DNA of 63,996 nt, counting the filler, from Porpidia crustulata (Eukaryota), in NCBI GenBank assembly GCA_964255105.1. It is 5 parts of 5 records of this genome, joined end to end, with 100 filler letters (N's around TTAATTAATTAA, not from the genome) between each part and the next. Parts side by side here need not be neighbours in the genome. Positions count along the whole stretch, not along the records: positions 25,671 to 38,404 come from CAXUWE010000495.1; positions 38,505 to 51,215 come from CAXUWE010000496.1; 3 more parts are not named here. The stretch is one strand, 5' to 3'. Position 1 is the stretch's first letter; every line of letters begins with the position of its first letter. Of the stretch, positions 35,280 to 47,726 are shown piece after piece. The notes below the pieces were generated by a model that was not told the origin of the DNA, did not search any database, and saw only the letters and a list, made by a program, of their open reading frames with translations. The position numbers and the translations under genes are program-made.

Positions 35280-36276
35280 TCATCTCTGTCGTATTGGCTT
35301 TGCTTTGCGCTTCTTGAACACAATGCCGGTATCTTCATTCTCAATTTCTGTCTTGATAGAAAGAGCTTCGGACTCGTCAGGACCCGGAGCTTCTGCTGCA
35401 ATTTTATCTACCGCAAGGATGCCACCATTTTCAGAATCTTCTTTCTTGATAGATTGTACTTGAGGGAGTAGCGTGCCGTCCATTGACGATCTCTCAGCGT
35501 CAGCTGATTGTGGCGCGGTCGATCTTTCATTCGTTATCGGAGCCTGGACAGATGGACTGAATCCTTGTTTCAAGACTGTAGTATTTCTAAGCAGCGATTC
35601 CAGGTCGTCATCTCCACTGCCGCCTATGTCGGGATATGTTCGTGTACTTGAGCCCCAAGCCTTCTTGGCTAGCTTGGCTTCCATCTCTTCATCCTCTTCC
35701 TGTCCTTCATACCTCCTTTTCCGCACTCCTATGTCTAGTCCATCTGGCTTGGAGTCCTTCCTATCTTCTTCCTGCTTTACATCATCGAAGACAACTCGTT
35801 GCGAAAGCGTCTGCCAGTCACCTGCCATAGCCATTTCTCGTCGGAACTCTTCAGGAATCGCGACCCCCATCTCGGCTAGTTGTTTGAGTTGTTGCTTTCT
35901 GTCTGTGGGAGTCGCCTGCCTCGATGTACTGTTCTCAGGTGCCGCCACGAGCTTCCTTTCTACCAGCGCCCATCCAGTGCTAGCTGACGCCGATGTGGAC
36001 CCAGAGACTATTCCATCAAGTCTCGCAACTTCATCCTTGGCTCGCTGCGCCTCTCGCTCCTCCCTCTCGTGTCCGCGGTGGAGATCTCTCAGGAAGCGTT
36101 TCAGATTCCCTTGGTGCTTAGGAGTAGCTTCGTGGTTTGTCTTTTCTAGCTTGGTATCGCGAACGAAAGTCTTGCAATGCTTACACCAGTATTTGGGCTG
36201 CCATGAATTAGCTAGCTCATTGCAACTGTAGGAAACATGGGGGATTATGAACCGTAGATTTCCAGTACTCGGACAT
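35280..36276 (-). CDS. U1-type (matrin) zinc-finger protein, WBP4/FBP21-like, 2 exons
   Basis: MSEYWKST-PKYWCKHCKTFVRDTKLEKTNHEATPKHQGNLKRFLRDLHR; C-terminus IVFKKRKAK. Confidence 0.88.
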
Positions 36277-36572
36277 TATGTGGTAGGTAAAGGGGTTTGA
36301 GCACGATGCCTGATCCAAGTGTTACGAAATAGCACGGGCACGAAATAGCAGAACTTCTTGCGAAGTAATAATTCAGGAAGGTAGTTGTGTTCGGACCTTG
36401 ACAGTTGCAGGTTGAGGTTAGTGGCTTAACTCTAGCGTGCCGACCCTGTATAAGTAACTAGTAACGACGAGGGTTAAGCTTTTGAGACTATCAACATCTT
36501 ATTTGCAAGACTCACCCGCCGTATATGGGCCGTTCCAACTGTGTAGGCGGAAGGTGAAGTAATTATCACAAA

Positions 36573-37910
36573 ATGGCTGCCTCCACTGCTTCATCAAAAA
36601 GTCTAGGTAGAGCGGGTTCATCTCTCTTACGAAGCCGGGGATCTCAACCTCTGTCGAGAATACCTACTTCGACCCTTTGCGCCTCGACCTTACATCTTCA
36701 AACGCAATCACAGCGGAACTTATCAAACACACCTTACCGTGCAGTGTCCGGCCCTTCTCTTCTGGGCGGCTCGTCCTCCGCTCCTTCACCACCGATCTCA
36801 TACTTCCAGCGTCCTTCGCTCCCAGCCAACACCATCATCCGCTTTGTGCCCCAACAGACAGCATGGATAGTAGAGCGGATGGGAAAGTTCAATCGAATAC
36901 TCCAGCCGGGTGTAGCAATCCTGTATCCTATTCTTGACCGGATTGCCTACGTCAAGAGCTTGAAAGAAGCTGCCATTGAGATCCCTAGCCAAAGTGCCAT
37001 CACCGCAGATAATGTCACACTAGACTTGGATGGTGTGCTTTACACTCGAGTCTTTGATGCATACAAAGCTAGGTAGGTACATTGGTACTCCGTACCAGAA
37101 CTATGCATCTCAAGTATTGACCTTGCTTCCTCTAGCTACGGCGTCGAAGATGCCGAATACGCCATCTCCCAACTTGCCCAGACAACCATGCGCTCCGAAA
37201 TCGGCCGACTATCCCTCGACCACGTCCTACGCGAGCGTGCCGCTCTCAACACCAACATCACCGAAGCCATCAACGAAGCCGCCCGCGAATGGGGCGTCGT
37301 CTGCCTGCGCTACGAAATCCGCGACATCCACGCCCCCAACGGCGTCGTCGAAGCTATGCACCGCCAAGTCACCGCCGAGCGCAGCAAGCGAGCCGAGATT
37401 CTAGAAAGTGAGGGCCAAAGGCAGAGTGCGATCAACATCGCCGAGGGCCGCAAGCAGAGCGTGATCTTGGCCTCGGAGGCGCTCAAAGCCGAGCAGATCA
37501 ACATGGCGAGCGGAGAGGCGGAGGCGATACTCGTGCGGGCTAACGCTACGGCCAAGGGTATCGACGCCGTAGCAAGGAGCATGCGCGACGGTCGAGAGGG
37601 CGCTCAGAGCGCCGTCGGTCTAAGTGTGGCGGAGAAATACGTCGATGCGTTTGGACGTCTGGCGAAAGAAGGGACGGCAGTGGTGGTGCCAGGGAACTTG
37701 GGCGACATGGGTGGCATGATCGCGAGCGCGATGGCGGTGTACGGCAAGGTGAGCGAAGGGCAGGCGAGAATCGCCGCGGGGAAATCACGCGGTCTCGAGA
37801 GTACCACGGGGGAGGATGGGAATGAGACGGCAGAAGCGGGGCAGGGCAAGACGGACGAGGTGGCGAAAAGCGTGCTGCAGGGCTTCGAGGAGACGAGGCG
37901 GAGGCGGTGA
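36573..37910 (+). CDS. STOML2: Mitochondrial stomatin-like protein (SPFH/band 7, SLP-2-like), 2 exons
   Basis: FVPQQTAWIVERMGKF, SAITADNV, YGVEDAEYAISQLAQTTMRSEIG, AERSKRAEILESEG, VAEKYVDAFGRLAKEG. Confidence 0.93.
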
Positions 37911-38404
37911 TGGATTTGGGGAGAATATTTGAGAGCGTGTAGGTTTATTGGGATATTCTACTCAGCGATGCACGGGGTTTGGAAGCTGTGAAATATATCC
38001 ACAGGGTTGGGATCGCGCCACTTCTTCGTCTTTGAACAAGGGGATTTGTAGGTCCACTCAGCGGTGATCCGGGGGAAAAATTTTAGTGTTTAGGGGCTAC
38101 TCCCGGGCGTGCATTCGGACTCCGAGTGGAAGCAGGAGGGTTCTATATCTCTACAGTCAAATCCCTCCCTCCCTCTCCCTCAACACAACCCCACTACACC
38201 AACCACACGAAAGAACCCAAACCCCCATCTATCAACAGTCAAAGCCATCGCCATTTATTCTTTTTCTTGTTCTTGTTGGTTTTAAGAGTATGTATGGATT
38301 GCTAAGGATGGGTGTTTGGGTATGTGGAGAGGAGGATAATGGATGTGTGGAGCGTGGCGACGAAATTTTACATTTCGTGGCTTTGCAGCGGTCGGATAGA
38401 GTAC

Positions 38405-38504
38405 NNNNNNNNNNNNNNNNNNNNNNNNNNNNNNNNNNNNNNNNNNNNTTAATTAATTAANNNNNNNNNNNNNNNNNNNNNNNNNNNNNNNNNNNNNNNN
38501 NNNN
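38405..38504. other. Artificial contig-joining spacer
   Basis: N44-TTAATTAATTAA-N44. Confidence 0.98.
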
Positions 38505-38595
38505 GGCCTAAGCTAAGCCCAATTAGGCAATCCAATAGATAACTTCGCGATTTCTCAACTAAACACCTTCATAACACCTCCTGCATTCTTCCAGT

Positions 38596-39280
38596 ATGAC
38601 TACATCAACATTCCAGGACCGTATCGAAGCCTTCTAGCGTATACCACCAAATGTAGACCTCCGAAAGGGCCTCTAGAACTTTCAAAAGAGCAAAGGATGC
38701 TATTGGCCCAGACCTTCTATTACAATCACCTTGATAAATCAAAACCGTCACTCGATTTCGTGTCATTTGCAGTACTACACAAAATCGAATCAAAGAAGCA
38801 AGATCGAGAATAAAGATTGTCAAGAAATAGCAACTTTTATCATCGACGAAAGAAGCTTTTATTGTGAGATGAATAATACAAATCGACAAATTGAGATGAT
38901 CATCAGGGTTCATGTAATTACGGTCTATTGCTCAGCAAATACTTCAGCAAAGAGGCAACACAAGATCTAGGCCATCACTGGGCCGATGAGTTTCTGAATC
39001 GCCATCCTGACCTAAAAACGAAGTTCCTTTCACCCATGGATAAGACAGGAACAGTATCGCCAGTGAAGCCAATACCCTGGCTCATTGTTTCGAGCTTTGC
39101 TTCAAAATCAAGCAAGAACATAACGTGGAGGACCAGGATGCGTACAATATGGATGAGAAAGGTTGAATGCTCGGAGTTTCGAAAAAGGTTGAATGCGTCA
39201 TTTCAAAACATGCTATCCATCCACATATCACTCATTGTGGTAATTGGCGAGACAATCGTGCGCTTAACTTCGTTGGATTT
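38596..39280 (+). mobile_element. Degenerate pogo/Fot1-like (Tc1/mariner superfamily) transposase fragment
   Basis: Fragments across frames: LGHHWADEFLNRHPDLKTKF (end of CENP-B-type HTH) and HCFELCFKIKQEHNVEDQDAYNMDEKG*MLG (YNMDEKG start of DDE domain); multiple stops and frameshifts; rest of DDE absent. Confidence 0.8.
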
Positions 39281-39605
39281 TGACTTGCAAACTTCAACCC
39301 TTATTCCGCCCACAAGCATTGTCCAGTGTTCACGATGGGATCTTAGGCCCGTGACAAGACCAAGATACGTTATCATTTCGGATTTTACCTCAGTAAAGAC
39401 TTGGATTCCATAACGCTTGACGATCATACATAGTTTATAAGCATTTAAAGAAAGCCCCCTGATACGAAGTACGATGTATAACCGGGTCAAGATGAACAAT
39501 ACTCCAGTAGTGATTTGATTGGATCATTATGGACAATCGTCTGTTCTATAGTAGATCCATTTTGAGTTGAGCAGACTTTGTGAATGACCAGCGGAGCAAG
39601 TGCAA

Positions 39606-41746
39606 TCACCAACTGAAAGCCTCTTCAATCAGCTTCACCTTGATACCCTTCCTCTGCCGGCCAAGCATACTAGTCACACATCGTACTTCATCGGCCATCT
39701 CACTCGGACCACTGACGAGCACAACCGCGTTAGCCGCACCGTCGCTCAATTCGTCGTGGAGCACCTCGGCGATGTTCATCTGTTTTCCGACATAGGTCTT
39801 CTGCGCGACGCCATGCAGAGAAGCAGCCATGGCATCTATGATACCCTGGCTCCTGGCACCCCAGAACAGCTTGGCCGTCCCGGTGTGAGCACGTAGATAT
39901 GGGATGCAAGCAGTGATGCCGACGCCTCCGGCGATGCAAATCAGTCGGGAGTACTCTGAGAGGTCTTCGTGGGGACCATAAGCTGATTCGACGAGAACGG
40001 GCAGTGCCACGTGCTTACGGAGCTGTACGGTCACGCCAGCTCTGAACCGGAGAAGGGATGTGAGGCCGATTTTTGCAGAAGATTGATAATGTCTATCAGG
40101 ACTGTCGCTATCGGAACCATCTACCAAGCTGCCAACCTTCTCAACATCTGCATCGTGCTTGAGCGTGCTGGATCGGTCGCTTGGAGGAAGAATTGCCGAT
40201 GCGACAGAAAATGGGTGGTTCTCCCACACACGCCAGGTCAATGTAGGAAAGTAGAGGTATGCGTGTCCGGAGCCATTGACGTCTTCGATGTTGACGAGAA
40301 CATAGTCACCATCAATGACTGTGATCCGAGCAGTCTTGATGCCGTTCCTTGCGAGTCGAGCAAGCCTCATAGCTCGTTCAAATCCCCAAATGGCAATTGC
40401 GGTGTAGATCCAGCTTTCGTAGCCCCATTGCCGTTGGAAGCGTTCGAGGATATGCCAGTAACATCCTGCAAGGACGAATATCGAGAGAAAGAAAATGCCA
40501 AGCTAAGAAGAACTCGTAAACATTCTTTCGGACAGGCAAGATCGAGGATGGAAGGAGGATCGACATGCAAAGTGTGGCAACTACACCCCAGACCCAATAG
40601 GGAAGCTTGCTCTCACTGGCGTGAGTATTGGTGTGAACATATATTTCGAGGTAGATTGCGGAATGGAGAACAGCCTGAAGAGTAGCGATCCATGCGACCC
40701 AACGGTGTAGGAGTAAGAAAGTGTCATGGCTCCAATTCGTCAGCCACAACAAGACATTGTTACGGCCCGCGTAGAGGAAGATGAGCGGAATGTTGGCGAA
40801 GCTCAGGACCCCCAAACGGTCCGTCAAGTACGATACAATCTCCCCGTCATTGCCAGACGCACTGGGATACCATGAGTTCGGTTGGACTGACTTGAACCCA
40901 GCTGCGCTAAGTATAACATTGATCGCGATGAGATAGAAGATGAAGAATGCCTGGCCGCGTGTTGGCATGTGGAAGAGACCGGCGATCGGTGTTTTGTGAC
41001 GAGAGCCGAAAACAGGGGGGTCAACAAACCAAGCGTTGAACTTGGTCGCCAATGGCGCAGGAAAAGGCACGAATCGTAGGAGTGAGAAGGCGATCGGTAT
41101 GGCGGACCCACTGACAAGTAGGACAATACTATACGGGAGAGATTTCACTCAGCTTAACCCAAAGCCCGCGACGACCAAGTCGATACGCACCCGTATGTTT
41201 CATGATGACCCTCCATCTCCTCAAATGCATCATGAGCATTGTAGGACCCTTGATAGTCTTCATCAGAGACGATCATAGTTCTATTCAACTCCTCGCCAAC
41301 AACAAGCGTGTCTGACGGCTCCATAATCATTTTCGCAACTGTTTGCTGATACGTCGCTTTGGGGACCGGCTGATTCTGTAGCATGCCAGCCACATTCATG
41401 TTCCAATACTTCTCAAGATTCCAAACGGCCACGCCCTGGCAGTGCTTGGACATGCAATAGGCAAGAGTCTCGAGGAAGGCATCGTCGGTCGTGTAACATA
41501 CAGGCGATGTCTCGCTGCCGCATGCATTCCCATTCCCATGCCCTCAGACATATCCTTGGGCGTTGAGCAGTTGAGCGTGCTGGTTGAGAGCACATCGCGG
41601 CATGTAAAGGCACATAGTGGCTTGTACATGGAGGAGATGCCATATCCGACCAGGCCATGGCCAACCCGGCCATTCGACACCATTGACGAAACCAGAAGGA
41701 TATGAAGGCATGCCCATACCAGAACACTAATCTTGAAGCTCGACAT
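39606..41746 (-). pseudogene. Ferric/cupric reductase transmembrane component (FRE family) with two apparent frameshifts
   Basis: Signal peptide and Cys-rich N-terminus (GHGLVGYGI..MYKPLCAFTCRD); LGVLSFANIPL..LYAGRNN, LLHRW, ENHPFSV, VESAYG, IAGGVGIT, VSGP, EEAFSW. Frame breaks at about 41520 and 40492; one GT-AG intron at about 41130-41189. Confidence 0.85.
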
Positions 41747-42824
41747 ATTGACGATTCGCATCTAATGATCGGTCGAAGGGGCCAGAACCCGAGGTGAACA
41801 AAGTACGCCGATGTACAGTGTGATCGATATGCAAGAATAGTAAAAATGTGCTTGTAAAGGGACGAGATGATCTTTTGAAACTGCTTGGACTGAAGGAATG
41901 CAAAGGGTATGATTGTTATGTTTTTGCCATCAGCTTTGCCCCGATAGGAAGTAGCACTGTTACAGAACAAGAAACCATTGACCTATATGCCAATCATCAC
42001 GTCTTTCCGGCCACATGCACACCGTGTGTTCGTGCAAACCGTTCCCATAATCCTGGCGGCAGAGCAAGCAAGCGCAAACCACGTTCATCACCTCACGATG
42101 GCTTTCAAGATACAAGTAGGTAGACTAATCAGGCATAGTGCGTGCGGGCAATTGAGCAAGTTAATATGCAGACCTAAAAGAACACGACGGCTTACAGGCC
42201 CCTTTTTCCAGCAGTCTAGAATTCTGATCCTCTTGGCATTCATTTCTTCCATCAAATGTTGAAGTCCGAGAAAAGATCCCGTGGGCTTCATGTAGTGTAT
42301 AGGGCGCTGCCACGATACATGCCTGTCATCGTACTTTTTTACGTAGTAAGATTACGTTCACAACGCACGATAATGACTTGTAAGATTTGTTCATTCGATA
42401 CTCAGTTTGAGTTCAATGCTAGCGATGTTCCGTCAGGGATTCTTTATTCGATGCTTCCATGTCAAATGCGTATCGAGGACTCAGACTTCAAGTGGGACAC
42501 ACACGCCATTGTTTAGATTATAAAAGAGAATACGCTCAAGAAATGCCATCTCCGGATGGTCTGAGGAGCCATTGTCTACTTACATTCTGGTTCTGATTGA
42601 TCAGTCATTTCAATATCTCCTGCTGTTGCCATCACCACAGCATTTGCAGTCCTCGTATAGGGTCTCCCTGCTGGATTGGCCGGTTGAGAATTCTCACGAT
42701 GGCACGCAGAAGCTTCACGCGGTTTTACCGGAAAACACCGTCGAAAGAGAGGTTGAATCAATCGATCCATTTGTCGATGTCCATCTTCTTATACACCCCG
42801 GCATTGATGACTCGCTTTCCATAA

Positions 42825-43375
42825 GGTGGGCTCGGTGCTGAATATGCCAGAGCATCTCCCATCAGCGAGTTAGGACTCCTGATCCTGGTGGGGCATGATA
42901 TATGTAAAGCTCAAAACACGGGAAATTTTCATTGAGACAGTTGCGCCTCATGCATCCACCAAATACCTCAAAATGGAGCTTCGCTCGCAGAAGTAGCTTC
43001 TTGAGGCTACCTTACCGCTGAGGCAAATGACCATAAAGAACTCATCGACCGCCTGAGCAATGAAGTGGCTATTATGGCAACACCATATGCAGCGACTGAA
43101 GATGGATTGGGAGTTCAATTTGAGACCGACTGTAGTGATCACCGTCTTCTAAAATCTTCGAGGTAGGCAAAGGCGCCGAGGTCTTGAATTTAAGCAGCAT
43201 GAGCCATAAAACCGAAGAGATCCGGTTTGACGATTATGACTTCAGCGTATGTTACTCATCATCAGACCGCTCTCGCAAGATTGTGATCTCAGATTTGACG
43301 GAATCGATACATGACACGAATATTCATAGGGAGGAAAGACGTATATGAAGTGAAAAGCTTATGAATAGACTATCT
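42825..43375 (+). pseudogene. Heavily decayed short-chain dehydrogenase/reductase (retinol dehydrogenase-like) relic
   Basis: Fragments GGLGAEYARA...LLILVGHD, IMATPYAATEDGLGVQFET and VLNLSSMSHKTEEIRFDDYDFS match SDR blocks (GLG, NAGIMA.P...T.DG.E.QF, IVNLSS); many stops and shifts. Confidence 0.65.
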
Positions 43376-43595
43376 ATCCAGATACCGCTCCGCTCAATTC
43401 CTAATTACTCTTGGTACTCACCCCTCAACAGGCCACCTAGCCTAGGGTGAGGGCTCGATTAACAATCTAGCACTAGGCGGCTCGTTGATCAATGTGTCTT
43501 GTATACCTTATGACCTCTCGCATACTGTCCATCCGTCTGCCTTAACGATGACATCAAATTGTAGAAAGGTGATGAGGGTCAAAATTTAATAAAAA

Positions 43596-43696
43596 TAGTC
43601 CATGTGGGGGTCGAACCCACGACTTTCACATTAAGCCTATCATACAGATGCTACGATCAATATAAGAGTGACGCGCTACCACTGCGCCAATGGACT
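43596..43696 (-). tRNA. tRNA-Ile(UAU) with 29-nt intron (43632-43660)
   Basis: Cloverleaf: acceptor AGTCCAT/ATGGACT, D arm GCGC/GCGC, anticodon TAT (43662-43664), intron after position 37, T arm GTGGG-TTCGACC-CCCAC; followed by a T5 Pol III terminator. Confidence 0.9.
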
Positions 43697-44097
43697 TCAG
43701 ATCAGATCAATTGTTCGCTAAAGTGAAATTTGAATTAAACAATTGCAATGGATTCAAACTCGCTCCCCAATCTCATACATCCAAATGAACCTCCTGTTAC
43801 AGCCCGTAAAAGGTCGTTGGGCAGCTCTTTCGCTAAGCCGCCTCCTAGCCTCGGAAAAATCTTATCATGACAATACCTACCACAGACGCGTGTATTGACG
43901 ATTGAACGCGTACTTCCTGGATCACGTTGGAGTGGGTGCCAAACCTACCTTCTCACCTCCAAACAGAATATCCATGTCTGCCTGGGTAGGCCGCCACGCT
44001 AGCATTTCTTTGTAGCCTTGACCATGACCAACATACTTTTATCATCTTCTCTCAATCTCCCGTTCACAACCCCTTTTACAGGTTAGAGGTCTCAGGT

Positions 44098-46810
44098 ATG
44101 GCTGATAAAGAAGCCACGGTCTATATCATCGATGTTGGCCGGTCAATGGGAGAGATACGCAATGGCCGGGAACAATCAGACTTTGACTGGGCTATGACTT
44201 ATGTTTGGGAGAAGATAACTAGTACTGTATGTGTCTTGAAAGTAGAGTATCAAGAAGGCCAATTAACGAAACAAGGTTGCACTCGATCGTAAAACTGCTA
44301 CGCTTGGCGTGCTTGGGTTTAAGACGGATGGTATGGGCCAAGCATCACCCTGATACATAGGACTAATTGAATAAGACACAAGGAATGAATTGCAGGACGA
44401 CAGTAGCTTCCACAACATTTATGTCATGCACGAGATCAGCCAGTACAGCTGTAGTACCACGACGTGTTTCTTGTGCTAAAGCTACTCAGAAAATTGGTGC
44501 CAGACCTGAAGGAATTGCAGTATATGATCAAGGTCAGCGAGGAACATGAAGGAGATGGTAATTGTGATCTTCCGTCTGTTAGTCAACACTTTTTAACAAG
44601 ATCGCTAGCAATATCAGCGATTATCATAGCAATCCAGATGATTGCAACATATTGCAAGAAGCTGAAGTATTGGCGCAAGATTGTCCTTGTGACGAATGGA
44701 CTAGGCGGAATTGATGCGGATTGTTTGCCAGAGATCATTGCTAAAATCAAACAAGATGACATCGAGTTAGTCATTATGTACGTACCGATCACCACTATGA
44801 TCAATCGTAACGCTAACAGATTGTCAGTGGAGCGGACTTTGATGATCCAGAGTACGGTTTCAAAGAAGAGGTCAAAGATCCTCAGAAGGTTTGGCGATGT
44901 CCGGAAGTAATTTGGTACGAAAATGCTAATATTGTAAAAGGCCAGAAACGAGTCGATCCTGAAAGAGTTGGTAGATGGCTGTCATGGTGTCTTTGGAACA
45001 CTAAAAGAAGCTATAGAGGAGCTTGGGGTACCCCGACTCAAAAATACTAGGCCAGTCATCTCTTACAAAGGCCAGCTTACGTTGGGAGATCCCCAGAAGT
45101 TTGACTCGGCCTTGTGCATTGATGTTGAGAGGTATCCTCGTACAATGATTAGAAGACCCCTTACTGCTAGCCGATTCGTGCAGCGAACAAATCTCTCGAA
45201 TGGGGACGCAAGTGCACAGTCTTCTGCAACAATCCTGCCTGGAGAGGATGGTCTAGGTTTTGCATTGCCTAAATTGGAACTGAATGAACTTGCTAATGTC
45301 AAAAGTACTCGAATGTACCAAGTTGCCGACGGAAATTCGGCTGGAGGTAAGAGAGATGTTGACCGAGATAATCTTGCCAAAGGCTATGAATATGGACGAA
45401 CGGCAGTACATATAAGTGAGTCAGATCAGAACGTCACCAAATTGGAAATCCTAGCAGGGCTTGAGATTGTTGGCTTCATACCGTGGGATACAGTGCGTAA
45501 ATTTTCTACAACGAAATTGCAGCTTTGCTGATGGAACACTAGTATCAACGTTATATGAACATGTCAGTGTCAAACGTGATCATCGCTCAGAAAACCAATA
45601 CCAAAGCAATCATAGCGTTATCTTCCTTAATCCATGCGCTCTTTGAACTTGAGTCATACGCTGTGGCCCGACTGGTAGCTAAAGCCGGCAAAGATCCTGT
45701 GCTTCTGCTACTCGCGCCTTCGATCGAGGTGGACTATGAGTGCCTCCTCGATGTACAACTGCCCTTTGCAGAAGACGTACGCTCATACAAATTTCCCCCC
45801 CTCGATAAGGTTATCACTGTGTCAGGGAAGGTTATCAAGGAGCACCGTAATTTACCGAACGACGCATTGAGCTCTGCAATGAGCGACTACGTAGACCAAA
45901 TGGATCTCTCGGCTTATGGAAAAGATGATGAAGGGTAAGACTCTGAGCTCCTATGGTTTGCGCAACACTGACTTTATATAGGAATGCGGCAGAGTACATG
46001 CCCATGGCAGAAACGTACTCACCCGTGTTGCACCGCCTTGACCAAGCCGTCCGCTGGAGAGCAGTCCACCCTAACGAACCCATTCCTCCGCCGTATGAGA
46101 TACTGACCCGGTATTCGAAGCCGCCCGATGAGCTTATAGCTCGGTCCGAACATCAACTGGAAACCCTCATCAAAGCTGCAGACGTAAAGAAAGGTTAGCA
46201 GGGTCGATATTGAATTATGTGGATAACACTCCTTACTGATACCCAAAAGTCCCGCCAAAAGCGCAGAGTCGCAGGCAAAACAGACACGAAGTCAAGCCTC
46301 AGTCTGGCCTGGACGTGCATGCTATCCTCGGCGGTAAGAAGAGCAAAGCCAGGATTTCACCCGAAAACCCCATCCCAGAATTTCGCCAAACGCTCGACCA
46401 AGCCGAAGAACTCGACACCGTCCGCGACGCCGTCAAGCAATTCTGTGCCATCATCGAGCAGCGGGTCAAGGATAGCTTTTCCGATCTCGCGTACGGTCGA
46501 GCTATCGAGGAACTCGGTGTATTGAGGCATGAAATGATCGAGCTGGAGGAGCCGGGCATATACAACGATTCGATACAGGCGTTGAAGCGGAAGTTGCTTT
46601 CGGATGAGTTGGGGGGTGATAGGAGGGAGATGTGGGACTTGGTGCGGAAGAATCATCTTGGGCTCATTGAGAAGAAGACTTCGGAACAGTCGTCTGTCAC
46701 TGAGGCGGAGGCCAAGGCGGTAAGTGATCTTGGCTATGCAATTCTTGCAATTTTCTAAGCAGTATCTGTTCTGATACGTGACGCAGTTCCTGCAGAAAAA
46801 ATACCCATAG
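44098..46810 (+). CDS. KU80: ATP-dependent DNA helicase II subunit Ku80 (NHEJ), multi-exon
   Basis: [14 protein letters not shown] (vWA), [58 protein letters not shown]; final exon FLQKKYP*. Confidence 0.96.
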
Positions 46811-46973
46811 ACTTGCATGATGCGTTCTTAATCTACCAACCGCACCACACCATTCAATGCGAAACTATGGCCGCTTTATGCATGCCTACCTCATATTGTG
46901 TAGGATCCATTAGAGGCACATGCCCAAGAGTTCATTTATCGCCAGCGTCAAGAGTTTGATAGGCTGCGTAGGT

Positions 46974-47726
46974 CTAGCAGCCCTTCTCCAACCTCGCCCT
47001 AAGAACTTCTGCAGCCTCCGCTCTTCGGTGCTTCTCATCCGTTTCCTTGACCACCGCATCATTCTCCTTATCTTCAGCTCTCCCCTCAATCATCTCACAA
47101 TTTGTATCATTTTTCTCTTCCCCTTCCTTGTTCTTGACTTCCGCATCCGCCAGCTCACCCTTTAGACTATCCATCCCCTTCTTCCCGTCCTCCTCTGGAA
47201 GACCTCCAGGTACCCCACTCCCGAACAGTTCGTCCAATCTCCTCTTCCGGTCCCAGACTCTCACCCCATCACTCATCCTTCGAAAGTACAAAATCCGATG
47301 CTGTGGGATGAACTCCTCATCCGTCACATCCCCTTTATTCCAGTCCTCCACCTTCATCTCCATAAGTCCCTCAATCCGATCATGATAACCAACTAGATAG
47401 TCCGCAACGTCGAGCGTGGGATCATGCCGAATGCGTGACAGGATATCCTTGGCAGGGCGAAGTATGGGTGTAGGGGTAGAGGGGATGGACGAAGCTTTGC
47501 GGATACGCTTAGCGCGGGCGCGGGAATGCGGTCGCTTTTCGGGCTTTGGGGTGCCCGACGAAGAGTCTGAGGATTCGATGTCTATTTCCGGGGTTTCGTG
47601 GGTGTTGTCCATGCGCGCGTGTATGTCTACGGTCTCGCTGGGCTGGGGTCGCGGGGGTAGTAGTAACATGCTAGATACGGAGCTTGCTGTGTGTTTTGAC
47701 TCGATGTGATATTGTGCAGGCGCCAT
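46974..47726 (-). CDS. Standalone MJ1316 (DUF504)-domain protein
   Basis: LRPAKDILSRIRHDP...YLVGYHDR...W...DEEFIPQHRILYFRR...VWDR core, flanked by low-complexity N- and C-termini. Confidence 0.8.
   Translation of the reverse strand: MAPAQYHIESKHTASSVSSMLLLPPRPQPSETVDIHARMDNTHETPEIDIESSDSSSGTPKPEKRPHSRARAKRIRKASSIPSTPTPILRPAKDILSRIRHDPTLDVADYLVGYHDRIEGLMEMKVEDWNKGDVTDEEFIPQHRILYFRRMSDGVRVWDRKRRLDELFGSGVPGGLPEEDGKKGMDSLKGELADAEVKNKEGEEKNDTNCEMIEGRAEDKENDAVVKETDEKHRRAEAAEVLRARLEKGC

Noticed and set aside
39258..39277. Possible terminal inverted repeat of the pogo relic (GTGCGCTTAACTTCGTTGGA)
   Set aside because: No matching partner is visible before the contig edge, so it cannot be supported.
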